From Octopus sinensis (Eukaryota), in contig NC_042998.1 in assembly GCF_006345805.1 (NCBI RefSeq), positions 155,806,001 to 155,870,000 of the forward strand: 64,000 bases of DNA. Direction: 5' to 3'. A program made the translations under genes and the position numbers. Below, in pieces: positions 24,243-35,524 of this stretch. Positions within the stretch are counted from its first letter, which is position 1, and every line of letters begins with the position of its first letter. The notes under the pieces were generated by a model. It saw only the letters and a program-made list of their open reading frames with translations, did not search any database and was not told the DNA's origin.

Positions 24243-24285
<43 letters not shown>

Positions 24286-24334
24286 ATTGGTGAATTGAAG
24301 AAATGGAGCTGAACGCAGATTGAACAGAAATCGT

Positions 24335-24432
24335 TTTATTTCATTCTACACGTGTTTCGAAAGGCACAAATTACCAAAATCCGATTGAATAATGGGACCA
24401 TATTGTGTCTTTCTCTTCAGGAAGAAAAAAGG
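24335..24432 (-). ncRNA. Mirror copy of the hammerhead ribozyme in the inverted arm
   Basis: Reverse complement of 25954-26048. Confidence 0.8.
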
Positions 24433-24880
24433 AAATCCGTTGGAAAAACAAAAACAGAACAGAGGCAGAGCAAAAAACAAATCGAACTGTGCTCCTAAGA
24501 GCCCATGGCGAAACTGTTTATCAGTGTATGTTGAGAACCGGTGGCTGAAGAATTCAACAGGTCAGGCATCGGTCAAACATGTGGGTGAGGGCGTATAGAT
24601 GTTCTTTGTAACCGAGAATAAAGTTCTGACTATTTAAAGAATATTGGATGTTTTATAAGGGGCGAGAAAAAATCTACTTAGAGACGTGTGTGTGTGTATA
24701 CTGTTCTATATATGTGTGTGTTGGCGTAGGGGTAGAAAACATTTTTTGTGTACGTGTGTGCGTTTGATCGTTCGGCTGTCAGTGGCTACTGCCGTGATAA
24801 CCGTTGGGTGGCAGAAAGAAAAAAAATAAAGAAATTATATATATATATTTTATGTTTTATGTGTGTGTGTGTGTGTGTGC

Positions 24881-25342
24881 AGGTCTCGGAACGAATATAG
24901 TGACAGGAACGCAGTTCTAATTTCAGAAACCAATCCTAGCAGAGTAAGATTCACGTCGGCGAACTCCAAGATCAAAAACGCCGTCTACCAATGCAAGGTT
25001 TACACGGACTCAGATGCCTTCACTTATATAGGGGCATCGTCCTCAAGATTGTCTTTGCGTGTCTCCAACCATTACGCAACTTTTCGGGACGTGAACAAGC
25101 GCCAGACCACGGGACTCAGTAAGCTAATATGGCGACTGAAGGATGCGAACTTAAGCTATAGGCTGGAATGGTCAATTTTGTCGGTGGCCCTCCCATTTGA
25201 TAGGGGCAGAAGACAGTGCAACCTTTGTGTCTCCGAACTCTTCCATATTTTGTTTGCCAGAGGCCGGATGGTAAACGGGCTCTTACAGTCGGCTTTTCGA
25301 TGCCCCCATTGGCGGCGTTACACTTATCTGGCCTTTAAATAG
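24881..25342 (+). CDS. GIY-YIG endonuclease C-terminal fragment of a PLE (open frame, 5'-truncated)
   Basis: AVYQCKV..TYIGAS..LRVSNH..F..TGLSKLIWRLK..WSIL..CNLCVSE..CPH, the Cys/His-tailed PLE endonuclease pattern. Confidence 0.85.
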   Translation, partial: RSRNEYSDRNAVLISETNPSRVRFTSANSKIKNAVYQCKVYTDSDAFTYIGASSSRLSLRVSNHYATFRDVNKRQTTGLSKLIWRLKDANLSYRLEWSILSVALPFDRGRRQCNLCVSELFHILFARGRMVNGLLQSAFRCPHWRRYTYLAFK

Positions 25343-25953
25343 CGTTTATAAATAAGACCGGCACCCATAGCCCTTGGTAACAAATTCTGAAATAGATTTT
25401 AAGATATCTACAATTAACCACTGCAAGGGAAATTACTCCTGTAAGACAAACGGGGCTTGTTTTTTTCACAGCGGGGGGTTTCCTTGTCAAGGTAGGCTTA
25501 GATGAACACACACACACACACACATAAAACATAAAATATATATATATAATTTCTTTATTTTTTTTCTTTCTGCCACCCAACGGTTATCACGGCAGTAGCC
25601 ACTGACAGCCGAACGATCAAACGCACACACGTACACAAAAAATGTTTTCTACCCCTACGCCAACACACACATATATAGAACAGTATACACACACACACGT
25701 CTCTAAGTAGATTTTTTCTCGCCCCTTATAAAACATCCAATATTCTTTAAATAGTCAGAACTTTATTCTCGGTCACAAAGAACATCTATACGCCCTCACC
25801 CACATGTTTGACCGATGCCTGACCTGTTGAATTCTTCAGCCACCGGTTCTCAACATACACTGATAAACAGTTTCGCCATGGGCTCTTAGGAGCACAGTTC
25901 GATTTGTTTTTTGCTCTGCCTCTGTTCTGTTTTTGTTTTTCCAACGGATTTCC

Positions 25954-26048
25954 TTTTTTCTTCCTGAAGAGAAAGACACAATATGGTCCCATTATTCAAT
26001 CGGATTTTGGTAATTTGTGCCTTTCGAAACACGTGTAGAATGAAATAA
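25954..26048 (+). ncRNA. Type-I hammerhead ribozyme in the pLTR
   Basis: CUGAAGA (25964-25970), stem II GAAAGACACAA/TTGTGCCTTTC (10 of 11 pairs), GAAA (26026-26029), palindromic stem III ACACGTGT, GUA cleavage triplet ending at 26037, stem I TTC/GAA. Confidence 0.8.
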
Positions 26049-26254
26049 AACGATTTCTGTTCAATCTGCGTTCAGCTCCATTTCTTCAATTCACCAATAA
26101 TGTTTTAATTTCAATTATCCGCACCAACGCACGGTTGCAACGCCAGATGGTTGTACCTCCAACCGTGCTGTTCACTGCTGTGATTTTTGCTACTAAGGTA
26201 TCGGTTAAACTTTTGATTAATCCACTACAAGATTATTCATCTTTCTATTTCACA

Positions 26255-26330
<76 letters not shown>

Positions 26331-26805
26331 CACACACATGTGCACACAGAAAGACAGAAAATGAAAGAGAGAGGGGGGAGAGAGAGGGAGAGATAGGAAT
26401 AACTCGGAAAAATATCCTTAATAGGGAAAACATATCCTGGGTAAACAAAGATAACTTAAGCCAGGGGAGACAACTCTAAAATTTCAGTTTATTAAAATGT
26501 ATTCAATGTAGATTGCAGTGGTGTATTCATAAATCGACTAAAATTTAAGAGTTGTTTTTCTTGAATTTTTTAATAATTATTAGTCACTTAGAAAATGATT
26601 GTCCTCATTACAAAGGGTGTTATTTTATCTAATTAAGATATCTTGACATACTGTATAACATCACTTATATTCCAAACACACTGCTTTCAACTTATCGCAC
26701 AGTAAGTGTCCCTGATGATTTTCCCTGTATTCTTTTGATTTATAGCACCTACCAGCCTACCTGCCTGCATGCCTGCCTGCCTACCTACCTACCTACCTAC
26801 CTGCA

Positions 26806-26871
<66 letters not shown>

Positions 26872-26874
<3 letters not shown>

Positions 26875-26961
26875 AATAAATGAAAGAATGGAGTCGAACG
26901 ACGATTTAACAAAAGGAATTTTGTTAAATCGTCGTTCGACTCCATTCTTTCATTTATTTAT
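26872..26961. repeat. Perfect 43-bp inverted repeat with a GGAA loop
   Basis: Arms 26872-26914 and 26919-26961. Confidence 0.95.
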
Positions 26962-27108
26962 ATTAAAAAAAAACACACAAATTTCCACACGAAAGCACGT
27001 GATTTCTGCCCTTGGCATGTAGTTCCAACCGTGTTTTCTGACGTGAATTTGCTACCCGGGTATCGGTTAACCGAATTATTCATACTAGGATAATTCATTC
27101 AACTACTA

Positions 27109-27139
<31 letters not shown>

Positions 27140-27184
27140 CACATACACATATGTATGTATGTATGTATGCATGTATGTATGTAT

Positions 27185-27420
27185 ACTTTATTAAAAAGCA
27201 GTAAAAAAATCTCAAGAACTGCTACTCAGAGTTTCACATTCCCTTTCGCCGGATAGTTTTGTTTAGAATGGAACAAAAATAAGGTTATAAGCAAACATAC
27301 AATTAAATTAATGGATACACATTTGAAAATGATTTGGATTCATTGGTCCTTTCAACTAACAGTCTTTATAATAACAGGTTGCATGCAATGAACAAAATTC
27401 GGTATAAAATCATCTTATTG
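27185..27420 (-). mobile_element. Penelope-like 3' UTR/pLTR remnant with a degenerate hammerhead
   Basis: The minus strand shows GAAACTCTGAGTA-GCAGTT, but the CUGANGA core reads CCGGCGA; followed by AATAAA. Confidence 0.45.
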
Positions 27421-27680
27421 AAGGAAACCTTAAAATAAAAATAGCTTGTAACGAAGGACAGAGTCAAAATACCCGGGGTAAATAATTATTTGAAGAATAT
27501 TAATCAATTAATGCATTAAAAGTTATAACCGTTTAATAAAATTGTTTGCATATATACGCTATGATGTAGATATGTTTCTATATATATATGTGTATGTATG
27601 TATTGAGGTATGTATATGTTTTATATACATGTATGTGTGTGTACGGATACATATGCGCGCGCGAACGTGTATATACATAA

Positions 27681-27710
<30 letters not shown>

Positions 27711-27712
<2 letters not shown>

Positions 27713-27977
27713 AGGCGCAATGACCTCGTGGTTAGGGCAGCGGACTTGCGGTCGTAGGATCGCGGTTTCGCTTCCCAGACCGGGCGTTGTGTGTGTTTAT
27801 TGAGCGAAAACACCTAAAACACCTAAACACGAGGCTCCGGCAGGGGGTGGTGATCCCTGCTGTACTCCTTCACCACTCTTTCTTCAGTTGGCCTGCTCGC
27901 TTAGCCAGCAGGGTGGCGTCATTCGAAGGCTAAAACAATGCGAACGCATTGTGATCAGCGATGTGTAACAGTGATCC

Positions 27978-27990
<13 letters not shown>
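27711..27990 (+). mobile_element. tRNA-headed SINE, family D
   Basis: GGAGGCGCAATGACCTCGTGGTTAGG A-box and GGTTTCGCTTCC B-box. A related degenerate head lies at about 43870-44130. Confidence 0.7.
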
Positions 27991-28020
<30 letters not shown>

Positions 28021-28226
28021 TACATATATAAACGTGTATGTATGTGTGTGCATACTTTTATATATGTGAGCATGTAATTTTATGTGTGCGTTTTCATGTG
28101 TTCGTTGCTCAAGCCATATGAAGTATCCAAATGTTGTTGGGTGTCATTATGTAGCACTCCCCTGCCCCTATCTATTTTTCCTCTTTCTCTCACTAGTTTT
28201 CTGCTTCTCTTTTTTTAATTTTCTCT

Positions 28227-28304
28227 TTCTTCTTCTTCTTCTTCTTCTTCTTCTTCTTCTTCTTCTTCTTCTTCTTCTTCTTCTTCTTCTTCTTCTTCTT
28301 CTTC
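28227..28304. repeat. (CTT)n microsatellite
   Basis: Long perfect trinucleotide run. Confidence 0.95.
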
Positions 28305-29349
28305 TACTTTAATTTCTTGATTTTTCCTTCTCTTTCTTTCGCCTGTAACAACTAACTTGTTTTAGCATACGCCAGGAGATTTTATGCGCGTGCATGTGTG
28401 CGTTTATATATATAAAAATATATATAATCATTTGTTTATATTTATGTCTTGCCTATATATGTCTTTATATGTATGTAGCTATGTACATACGTCTATACGT
28501 ATGTAGCTATGTACATACGTCTATATGTTTTAGTGTATATGTGCATATTATAGATGGTTTGGTGTGTGCATTTACTGCTAAATGCATATGTAATCCAACG
28601 TGAAAAAATTTTTTAAACAGACATAATTTTTGGTTAATGTTTACATCTTGATACTCTGGGTATTTTGACACTGTCCTTCTTTATAATCTATTTTTGATTT
28701 AAGGTTTTCTTCGATTAGTTCTTCGTTGCAGTCGGGGGTCACTAAGTGTAACGGTTGTTGTTAAGGTGTTGGCTTCCAGTATACAGGATGGAAGAAGAAC
28801 AGCGATCGAAGTTTTAAAGAAATATTTATTTACTGTTACTTTGTATAATGTATATTTCACTCTGAAAAACCTTCAAGGCATTTCACACTCTGCAATCCTG
28901 CAGGAAGATCTTCGATATCATGGACTGAGAAGACACTCACTCGCTCACCCTCGACGGGCAGGTATGTGTATCATATAAAAGTAATAGAGTTATCTTTTCT
29001 TTATGTGGTTGCTGTTTATGTTTGGTCAACTAGGCTGCCTAACTAGGAATTAGAGGAAGGTAGAGTGAATGTTAAATGTAGGGAGTCGATAATATGATAC
29101 CTTTATGGTGCCTGACATTTAAACAGCAGAGGGTTGTGATATGACACTGTATCATATTTGACATTCCCACTGTACGCCTTCTCTCAGTTGAATTATCTCA
29201 CAAACAGGATTCTGCCTGTGGTCGCCTCTACGTCATCTCCTTTTTGCCAACTAACTTTTTCCTACGGTGTTTTAGTATTTATAAATTTCTAAACTAGTTA
29301 GAAGGAGAGACATATTGATGAAAAAAAAAATTTGTTGGCGGTCTGTTAT

Positions 29350-29575
29350 CTCTTGTTCAAGCTTTTGGTGGCCTAAAAGAGATTAGACGGGTCAAGTGGC
29401 AAAGATATTATTCTGCTTAGCGATGGCATCTGACAAACGTAACAGCTGTCACTCATAGAAAAAACTATTGTTTTACCGTAAGAAAAGTGGTGTTGAACTG
29501 TTAAGTGAAATTTGGCGATCGAGGATCGAATCCACGCCGTGCCTGCATGATCCACTACATAGCTCCCCCACCCCA
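29350..29575 (-). mobile_element. SINE-like family E copy
   Basis: Best-preserved copy; minus-strand head GGGGAGCTATGTAGTGG...GGATTCGATCCTCGATCGCCA. Confidence 0.6.
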
Positions 29576-30779
29576 TCTAGAGAGGTTCCAGGAAAAGGAA
29601 ACGAACGATCAAGGAAGAGAAAGAAATGCATGGCTAAGGAAAAATTTTGCATATCAGGAGAGAAGACCATTGAAGTATATACGAGACAATTTTCTATTCT
29701 GATAGGTCCGAATAGCGGTGTCGCTTTGCGTGCCAAAATGCGCAGTCAGTGATTGGGCAGCACAGGAAAGTTAGCGCATGAGTGCGCGTGAGCGCGTATA
29801 CACGAGTGCAGGTGCACGTATCAAAATTCACTGTAGTGAATTCACTCAGGTGAGCAAGTGAGACTTTTCTCAATCCATGACATCGAAGATCTTCCTGCAG
29901 GATTTCAGTGTGTAAAATGCCTTGAAGGTTTTTCAGAAGTGAAATGTGTCTGGTGTTGTGGGTAATTGCTGAAGTTAGCAAGAACGACAGTGTAGCATGC
30001 TGGGATGATGCGCGAGACATGTAATTTTCTCCATTTATTACGTGACCAAACAGGGGTGTAACAGAAGGAAATTATGTCTGACATGAGCGCAGAGCATGTG
30101 AACATCCGACGTGCATCGAGTCGGGATCTGAGTTGAGCTGGCACAGACGTGTTGAAAAGCAAAGCAGTAGAGGCATAATAGAGGTGCGTGTGTGTGTGCA
30201 AAAGGACTTATGGCTGAGGTAGTAAGCTAGTTCAGTTATTACAAATTCAGTGTACACGTGTTGAATATGCCAGTGATTAAGGCGGTGCTGGATATGCCAG
30301 CTGATGCAGGAGGTATTAAATGCCTTGAACATGAAGGAGCATAAGTGTGGCATGCTGGCGCGTTGTAAGGGACAAACAACTTTTTCTATGTATAGATGAT
30401 CGACTTAGGGTCTTACAGAAGCGAGTTGTATCTACAAGGGAGCATGAAAAACAAGCGAGAAAGGCATGCGTGGTGCATGAATGTGACATTGTTAGCATGC
30501 GTGTGTGTGTGTGTAACAATACAAACATTTCCAAAATGAACGAAAAAAGTACATGCAAAATGCAACGTGCGACAATGTGACTGCAAGAAAGTGGAAGTGC
30601 AAAATATGAATAAAATTGAGAAGGCATGCAAACAAAAGTTCAGGTTATGTATAAATGTTCAGTTCATTTTAGTCTGATAGGATGCAAGCAGAATCAATTG
30701 TAATTCAATATAACAAACAGGAAATTGAATTAGGGCAATGTAAGTCTTAAAGGTATGATCCTTGTGAAGTTCAATGGAA

Positions 30780-31416
30780 AGAAAAAAATGAATATATAAG
30801 TCTTGTAGGTGTTCGTGTAGAAATTAAGGCATTGGTGCCTGTAAATCACTCAGCTGAATTTTATTTGAAAGAGAGAATTTGTACGTATTTAGCCGGCCAG
30901 TGGACTCTCGCCTGTTTCTTGTACGTATTTGCTGTGAAGACGAGGTACTTGTGGGGGAGGCGTTGACGAGACTGTCGGTTTGGTGTGGAGTCGACGATGA
31001 TGATGATGCGGAATCGGGTTTGACGATCGATATTGATAGAATTTTGCTTGCCATTTACCTCCGACGACAAAGTATTTCTCCCTTCTTTGTACTACACTGT
31101 ATGGTCTAAAATACGGCGGACGGATTTGTGATGGTATTCCATCGTTCCGGATAAAAACGTGCGTCCATTGGTTAATGTCCGAGGGGATATATGTGTCGGA
31201 ATTGGGGAATTGCCGTCCTCTGGGAGAATGGCGGTCAGGTTCTGTTTTGAAGGCGTATACTAGCGGTTTATGGTCCGTGTAGATGCTGGAAACGCACCCT
31301 TCTAACATATGGCGGAAGTGCTTAATGGACAGATATGTAGCCAGTAGCCCACGCCCCAATGTACTGTATTTAGCCTCCACAGGCTGAAGTCGTTTGGAGA
31401 AAAAGGACAATGGTTG
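30780..31416 (-). mobile_element. CsRn1-clade host element, left piece (RNase H end, internally deleted integrase, 3' end)
   Basis: QPLSFFSKRLQPVEAKYST..HFRHMLEG..YTDHKPL, then WTHVFIRND and QETG. Confidence 0.8.
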
Positions 31417-33660
31417 TGTAACGACTAGTGAATATCTTCTCTGGACCTTTTGGGGGTGCGAGAAGCAATCACTTTCCGTTGCTTTAATAATCCAGATTCT
31501 ACCAGTCAGAAACAACAAGACGCAGACGTAAAATATATATATCTACTTTATTCTCTTATGATAGTAACAGATAATTGGTATATCTGGGTATCCCTTTGGT
31601 ATAGATGTGTCAGAGCTGAACGTTATCGCTGTAGAATTTACAAAGTTCAAATGCTAACGACACTGGTCAAAGATGGCTTCCGGAACATGGAGATGATGTT
31701 GTCTGCAACAATTTGGTTAAAGCCTTCGGCCGACTGCTATCAAAAGTGGACAGCGAGAAAATATACGTCCGTTGCCTTCGGTCGCTTTGTCTCAAGTCAA
31801 TGACTGCTGCTGGACGCTAGTGGTCAACGTCCTACGATCCCCCTGCCTCGGCTAACTGCCACGTAGGCAAAAGGGTCCTTCTTCCGGTGCTTCGCGCATG
31901 CGCGAGAGGGCCCTTCCTCTCTGCCTTGGTGAAGGCACCAACACCGCACGCGCGAAATAGAAATGGACGGTGCGCGTGCGCGCACCGTTATATCGGATCA
32001 CTACAGAGCTCCGCCCTAGTGCGAAGCACGACACAAAATTCCCTGTAGTGATTATAAAACTCAAGGTGGACACCAGATAACCAAATAGCACACAATATAA
32101 TAAAATGGCAAAATTTACAACATACATAAGAAATTTACCAAAAAGGAAAAATACTCAAAATGAGCAAAATCAAAAGTGCACGCGTGAAGGTGGATACGTC
32201 ACAAAGTAAAGAGCCTTCCGCTGACCAGCGGAAGGAAAGCAAACTCACAGTTAATGTACCTAGGCGAAATTAAAATCCAACTTCTCTAAAGGTGGTTGAT
32301 CCTGCGAAATAGCAGTTAAATCAATTGCTGCAGGAGAGGAAATGGAATCGACAGATAGATCGCTAGTAACACAAAAGGCAGACAGTGCAAGCATGCTGGT
32401 GTGATGCGCGACACAGATAAGTCTCTCTGTTAATTACGTGACCAACAGGGGTCTAACAGGGAAAAAATTACGTCTATACATGGCGCAGCGCATGTGAACA
32501 TCCGACGTTCTATGAGTCGGGAAAAGAATTAAGCTAACGCAAACGTGTTGCAAAAACAAGGCAGTACACGTGCGGAGCAAAGGCGCATGAAATGCAATAG
32601 GGCTTGCCAGACCGAAAAAACAGCAATGAATATGCCAGTGGTTGAGCGATTATATGCCTCGTTCGTACAGGAACAAAAGTATGGCATGCCGGCGCGTTAT
32701 AATGGACAAACAACCCTCTCAATGTATACGTGACCCCTAGGGTCTATAGAAATGAGGTGTGTCCACAAAAGGCAAATTTAGCATGGAAAAAACAAGCGAG
32801 AAAAGCATGTATGACGTATATATGTGAGAAAGATAGCATTTATGTGTGTGTACGTGTGTGCGACAGAAATACATACAAGGTGAATGCGAGCAAAAATAAA
32901 AATACAGCGCATAGAAAAAGTCTCTCAGGGCTATCTCAGACAATGGAGTTAATTTACCAGTCTCTAATAGCCTGATGCACAATAGCAGTTCGTTCTGTAA
33001 CAGAATGTTGAAATCACAAATGCAGATGCCGATTGAACACATATCGTGTAACGGTTGTGGCTTCAATGCTGTGACAGGTTAACTGGAACAGAAGAATCTC
33101 GCAGATAGTGCTGGGCTGTTAATTCCTTGGTGTGCCATGTACAAACAGCAAGTGGGCTAAACTTCCGCGAGTTGCTATTTACATCTTGTTGTGTCGACGG
33201 TGTTGAAGGCGACTGGTGGTGGAGGCGACTGTGGTGTGGACTTGGGACAACATTGTTCTTAGTGTTGATGACGACGACGTGAAGTTCTAAGACGACGATG
33301 ATGATGACGAAGGCAGAGAAAAAGCATCGATGATATGATGGCGTCCGTCATTATGTTGAAGAATAAAAAGGTTAAAGCCTTCGGCCGACTGCTATCGAAA
33401 ATGGACAGCGAGAAAATATACGTCCGTTGCCTTCGGTCGCTTTGTCTCAAGTCAATGACTGCTGCTGGACGCTAGTGGTCAACGTCCTACGATCCCCCTG
33501 CCTCGGCTAACTGCCACGTAGGCAAAAGGGTCCTTCTTCCGGTGCTTCGCGCATGCGCGAGAGGGCCCTTCCTCTCTGCCTTGGTGAAGGCACCAACACC
33601 GCACGCGCGAAATAGAAATGGACGGTGCGCGTGAGTGCACCGTTATATAGGATCACTACA
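31417..33660 (-). mobile_element. Internally deleted CsRn1-subfamily element nested in a relative, 4-bp TSD
   Basis: LTR 31417-32005 (TGTAAC...CTACA) and partial LTR 33370-33660 share ~290 bp; TSD GTTG at 31413-31416 and 33661-33664; PPT AGGGCGGAGC on the minus strand. Confidence 0.85.
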
Positions 33661-34490
33661 GTTGCCAAACGCCATCCACCAACTGCTGAAGAACACCGCC
33701 AACTTCCGGACATGGACGCGTCAACCAGTAAAGTGAGTGGAGCACTACGTTTGGTGTAAACGAGCATCACGGCCCTAGCTAGTATATCCTTGAGTTTATT
33801 GAAGGAGGCCAGCTTTGCCTTACCTAACATTATAGCCTGTCTCTTCCTACTTTTGTTACGCAGAACATCTGTAAGCGGCTGAGCTGTTTCGGTGCAGTGT
33901 GGTAGGAAACGCCGGCTGAAGTTAATTAATTCCCAAAATTCGCGCAGTTTTCAAAGGGACGTAGGAATAGAGAAATTGACTATCGCCTCCACCTTTTTGG
34001 ATAGGAGCCGAATTCAGTCCTTGTAGACAATATGGTCGAGGAATGAAAGACACCAAAAATACACTTACTGTTGATTACGATGCCGTACTCAGCTAACCAC
34101 TGGAATAGTTGATGTAAACGCTCTTCATGTTCGGCTTCGGATTTACTTGCTATCAGCATATCATCGATGTAAGTGTAAATGTCTGCGTTGCGTTACGGAA
34201 ACCGAAGGGCATCCGAAAAAGCTCGAATTGTCCGAAGGGCGTGGCAATTGCCGTTTTCGGAACATCACAGGTTCGACGGGTATCTAATTGTAGGCCCGCA
34301 CTAGATCGATTTTAGAGAAAATCGGTGCTCCGTTCAGGGAACTGGGAAAATCGTGTAAGTGTGATATGGGGTGGGTGTTAGGCACTGTAGCGTTGTTGAG
34401 GGTTCTGAAGTCTCTGCAAGGACGCCAGCCGTTCACCACCTTCTCAGTTACCAAATGTAGCTGCTGGATGGCCGACGGATCAAGTAGAAA
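33661..34490 (-). mobile_element. CsRn1-clade host element, right piece (RT to RNase H, degraded)
   Basis: WRPCRDFRTLN..FSKIDLVRAY, LLVDAS, GGVLQQLVDGVWQ. Confidence 0.8.
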
Positions 34491-35465
34491 AGACATTATT
34501 CTTCTTAGCGATGGCATCTGCTGTCACTCACAGAAAAACTATTGTTTTACCGTGAGAAAAGTGGTGTTGAACTGTTAAGTGAAATTTGGCGCCATGCCTG
34601 CATAGGGGAGAGTCATTCTCTTTTTGTGCCTTGTTATTTGACACACTGACCGGTTCACTTTCCACTCATTTACTTCATTACTTTTTCTAAAATTTTCATT
34701 GTGTCTTGCAACCTTTTCAATAGTCGTGCATCTGTCCGTTCTCCGAGCAGCGTTCTTTTTGTTTGTGCGCATGTGTGTGGGTCAGGGTGCGTGCGAATAC
34801 ACATTATGTATGTATGTATGTATGTATGTATGTATGTATGTATGTAGTGACTTCATTTAGGTATAGAGTAGATTCGAACCCAAATCTGCCAATTTCCTTT
34901 AACATTTCAACAGAACTTTTCTCACGTAGAAGTTACGTATACCAGATGGCTTCGCTAACCCGTTTTATATCATTGCCACTTGACCTTTCAAACCTCTTGT
35001 CTGCGGTAGAGTGGACCCCACAAAATAGCCATTGCTTTGGTTGCTTCTTGCATTCTTATAAATTCTAGTAGCCTTCAGGGAAAAGTGAGAGCAATCATTG
35101 ACAGAGAGGAGGCTGACCGGCTCACACGAAATGCTGTCTCGACTGAAGTAACGACACAGAGTGACAACTATGGAATTAACCAACATAGAAGTTGTCTCGT
35201 CCCACACTCAATCGCTTTCATTTGCTCAATTTCTTTTCTCTGCAACATTACCATATCTCTCTCTATGTATACTACTATGAGATCGTGTACACACATATAC
35301 AGGCCGAAATTAACTTTCCTTACCTCGCATGCTTTTTCACTTATATTATTACGTATTTTTCAGTCGTTGGTGATGTTCTCTTCTTATTGTATATTTTTTA
35401 TTGCTAATTTGTCCCGTACTTATTGCTCGTGTACCAACGTATTTTTCACTCGTTGGTGATGTCCT

Positions 35466-35468
<3 letters not shown>

Positions 35469-35524
<56 letters not shown>

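Larger units (their letters stand above)
24277..26250 (+). mobile_element. 5'-truncated Penelope-like element with an inverted pLTR (fold-back)
   Basis: ~600-bp near-identical inverted arms 24277-24879 and ~25506-26107 flank a GIY-YIG fragment and 3' UTR; short tail 26108-26250. Confidence 0.9.

Noticed and set aside
24881-25342. Selenocysteine (in-frame TGA) recoding as reported for some PLE endonucleases
   Set aside because: No in-frame TGA in this fragment; the cysteines use TGC or TGT.
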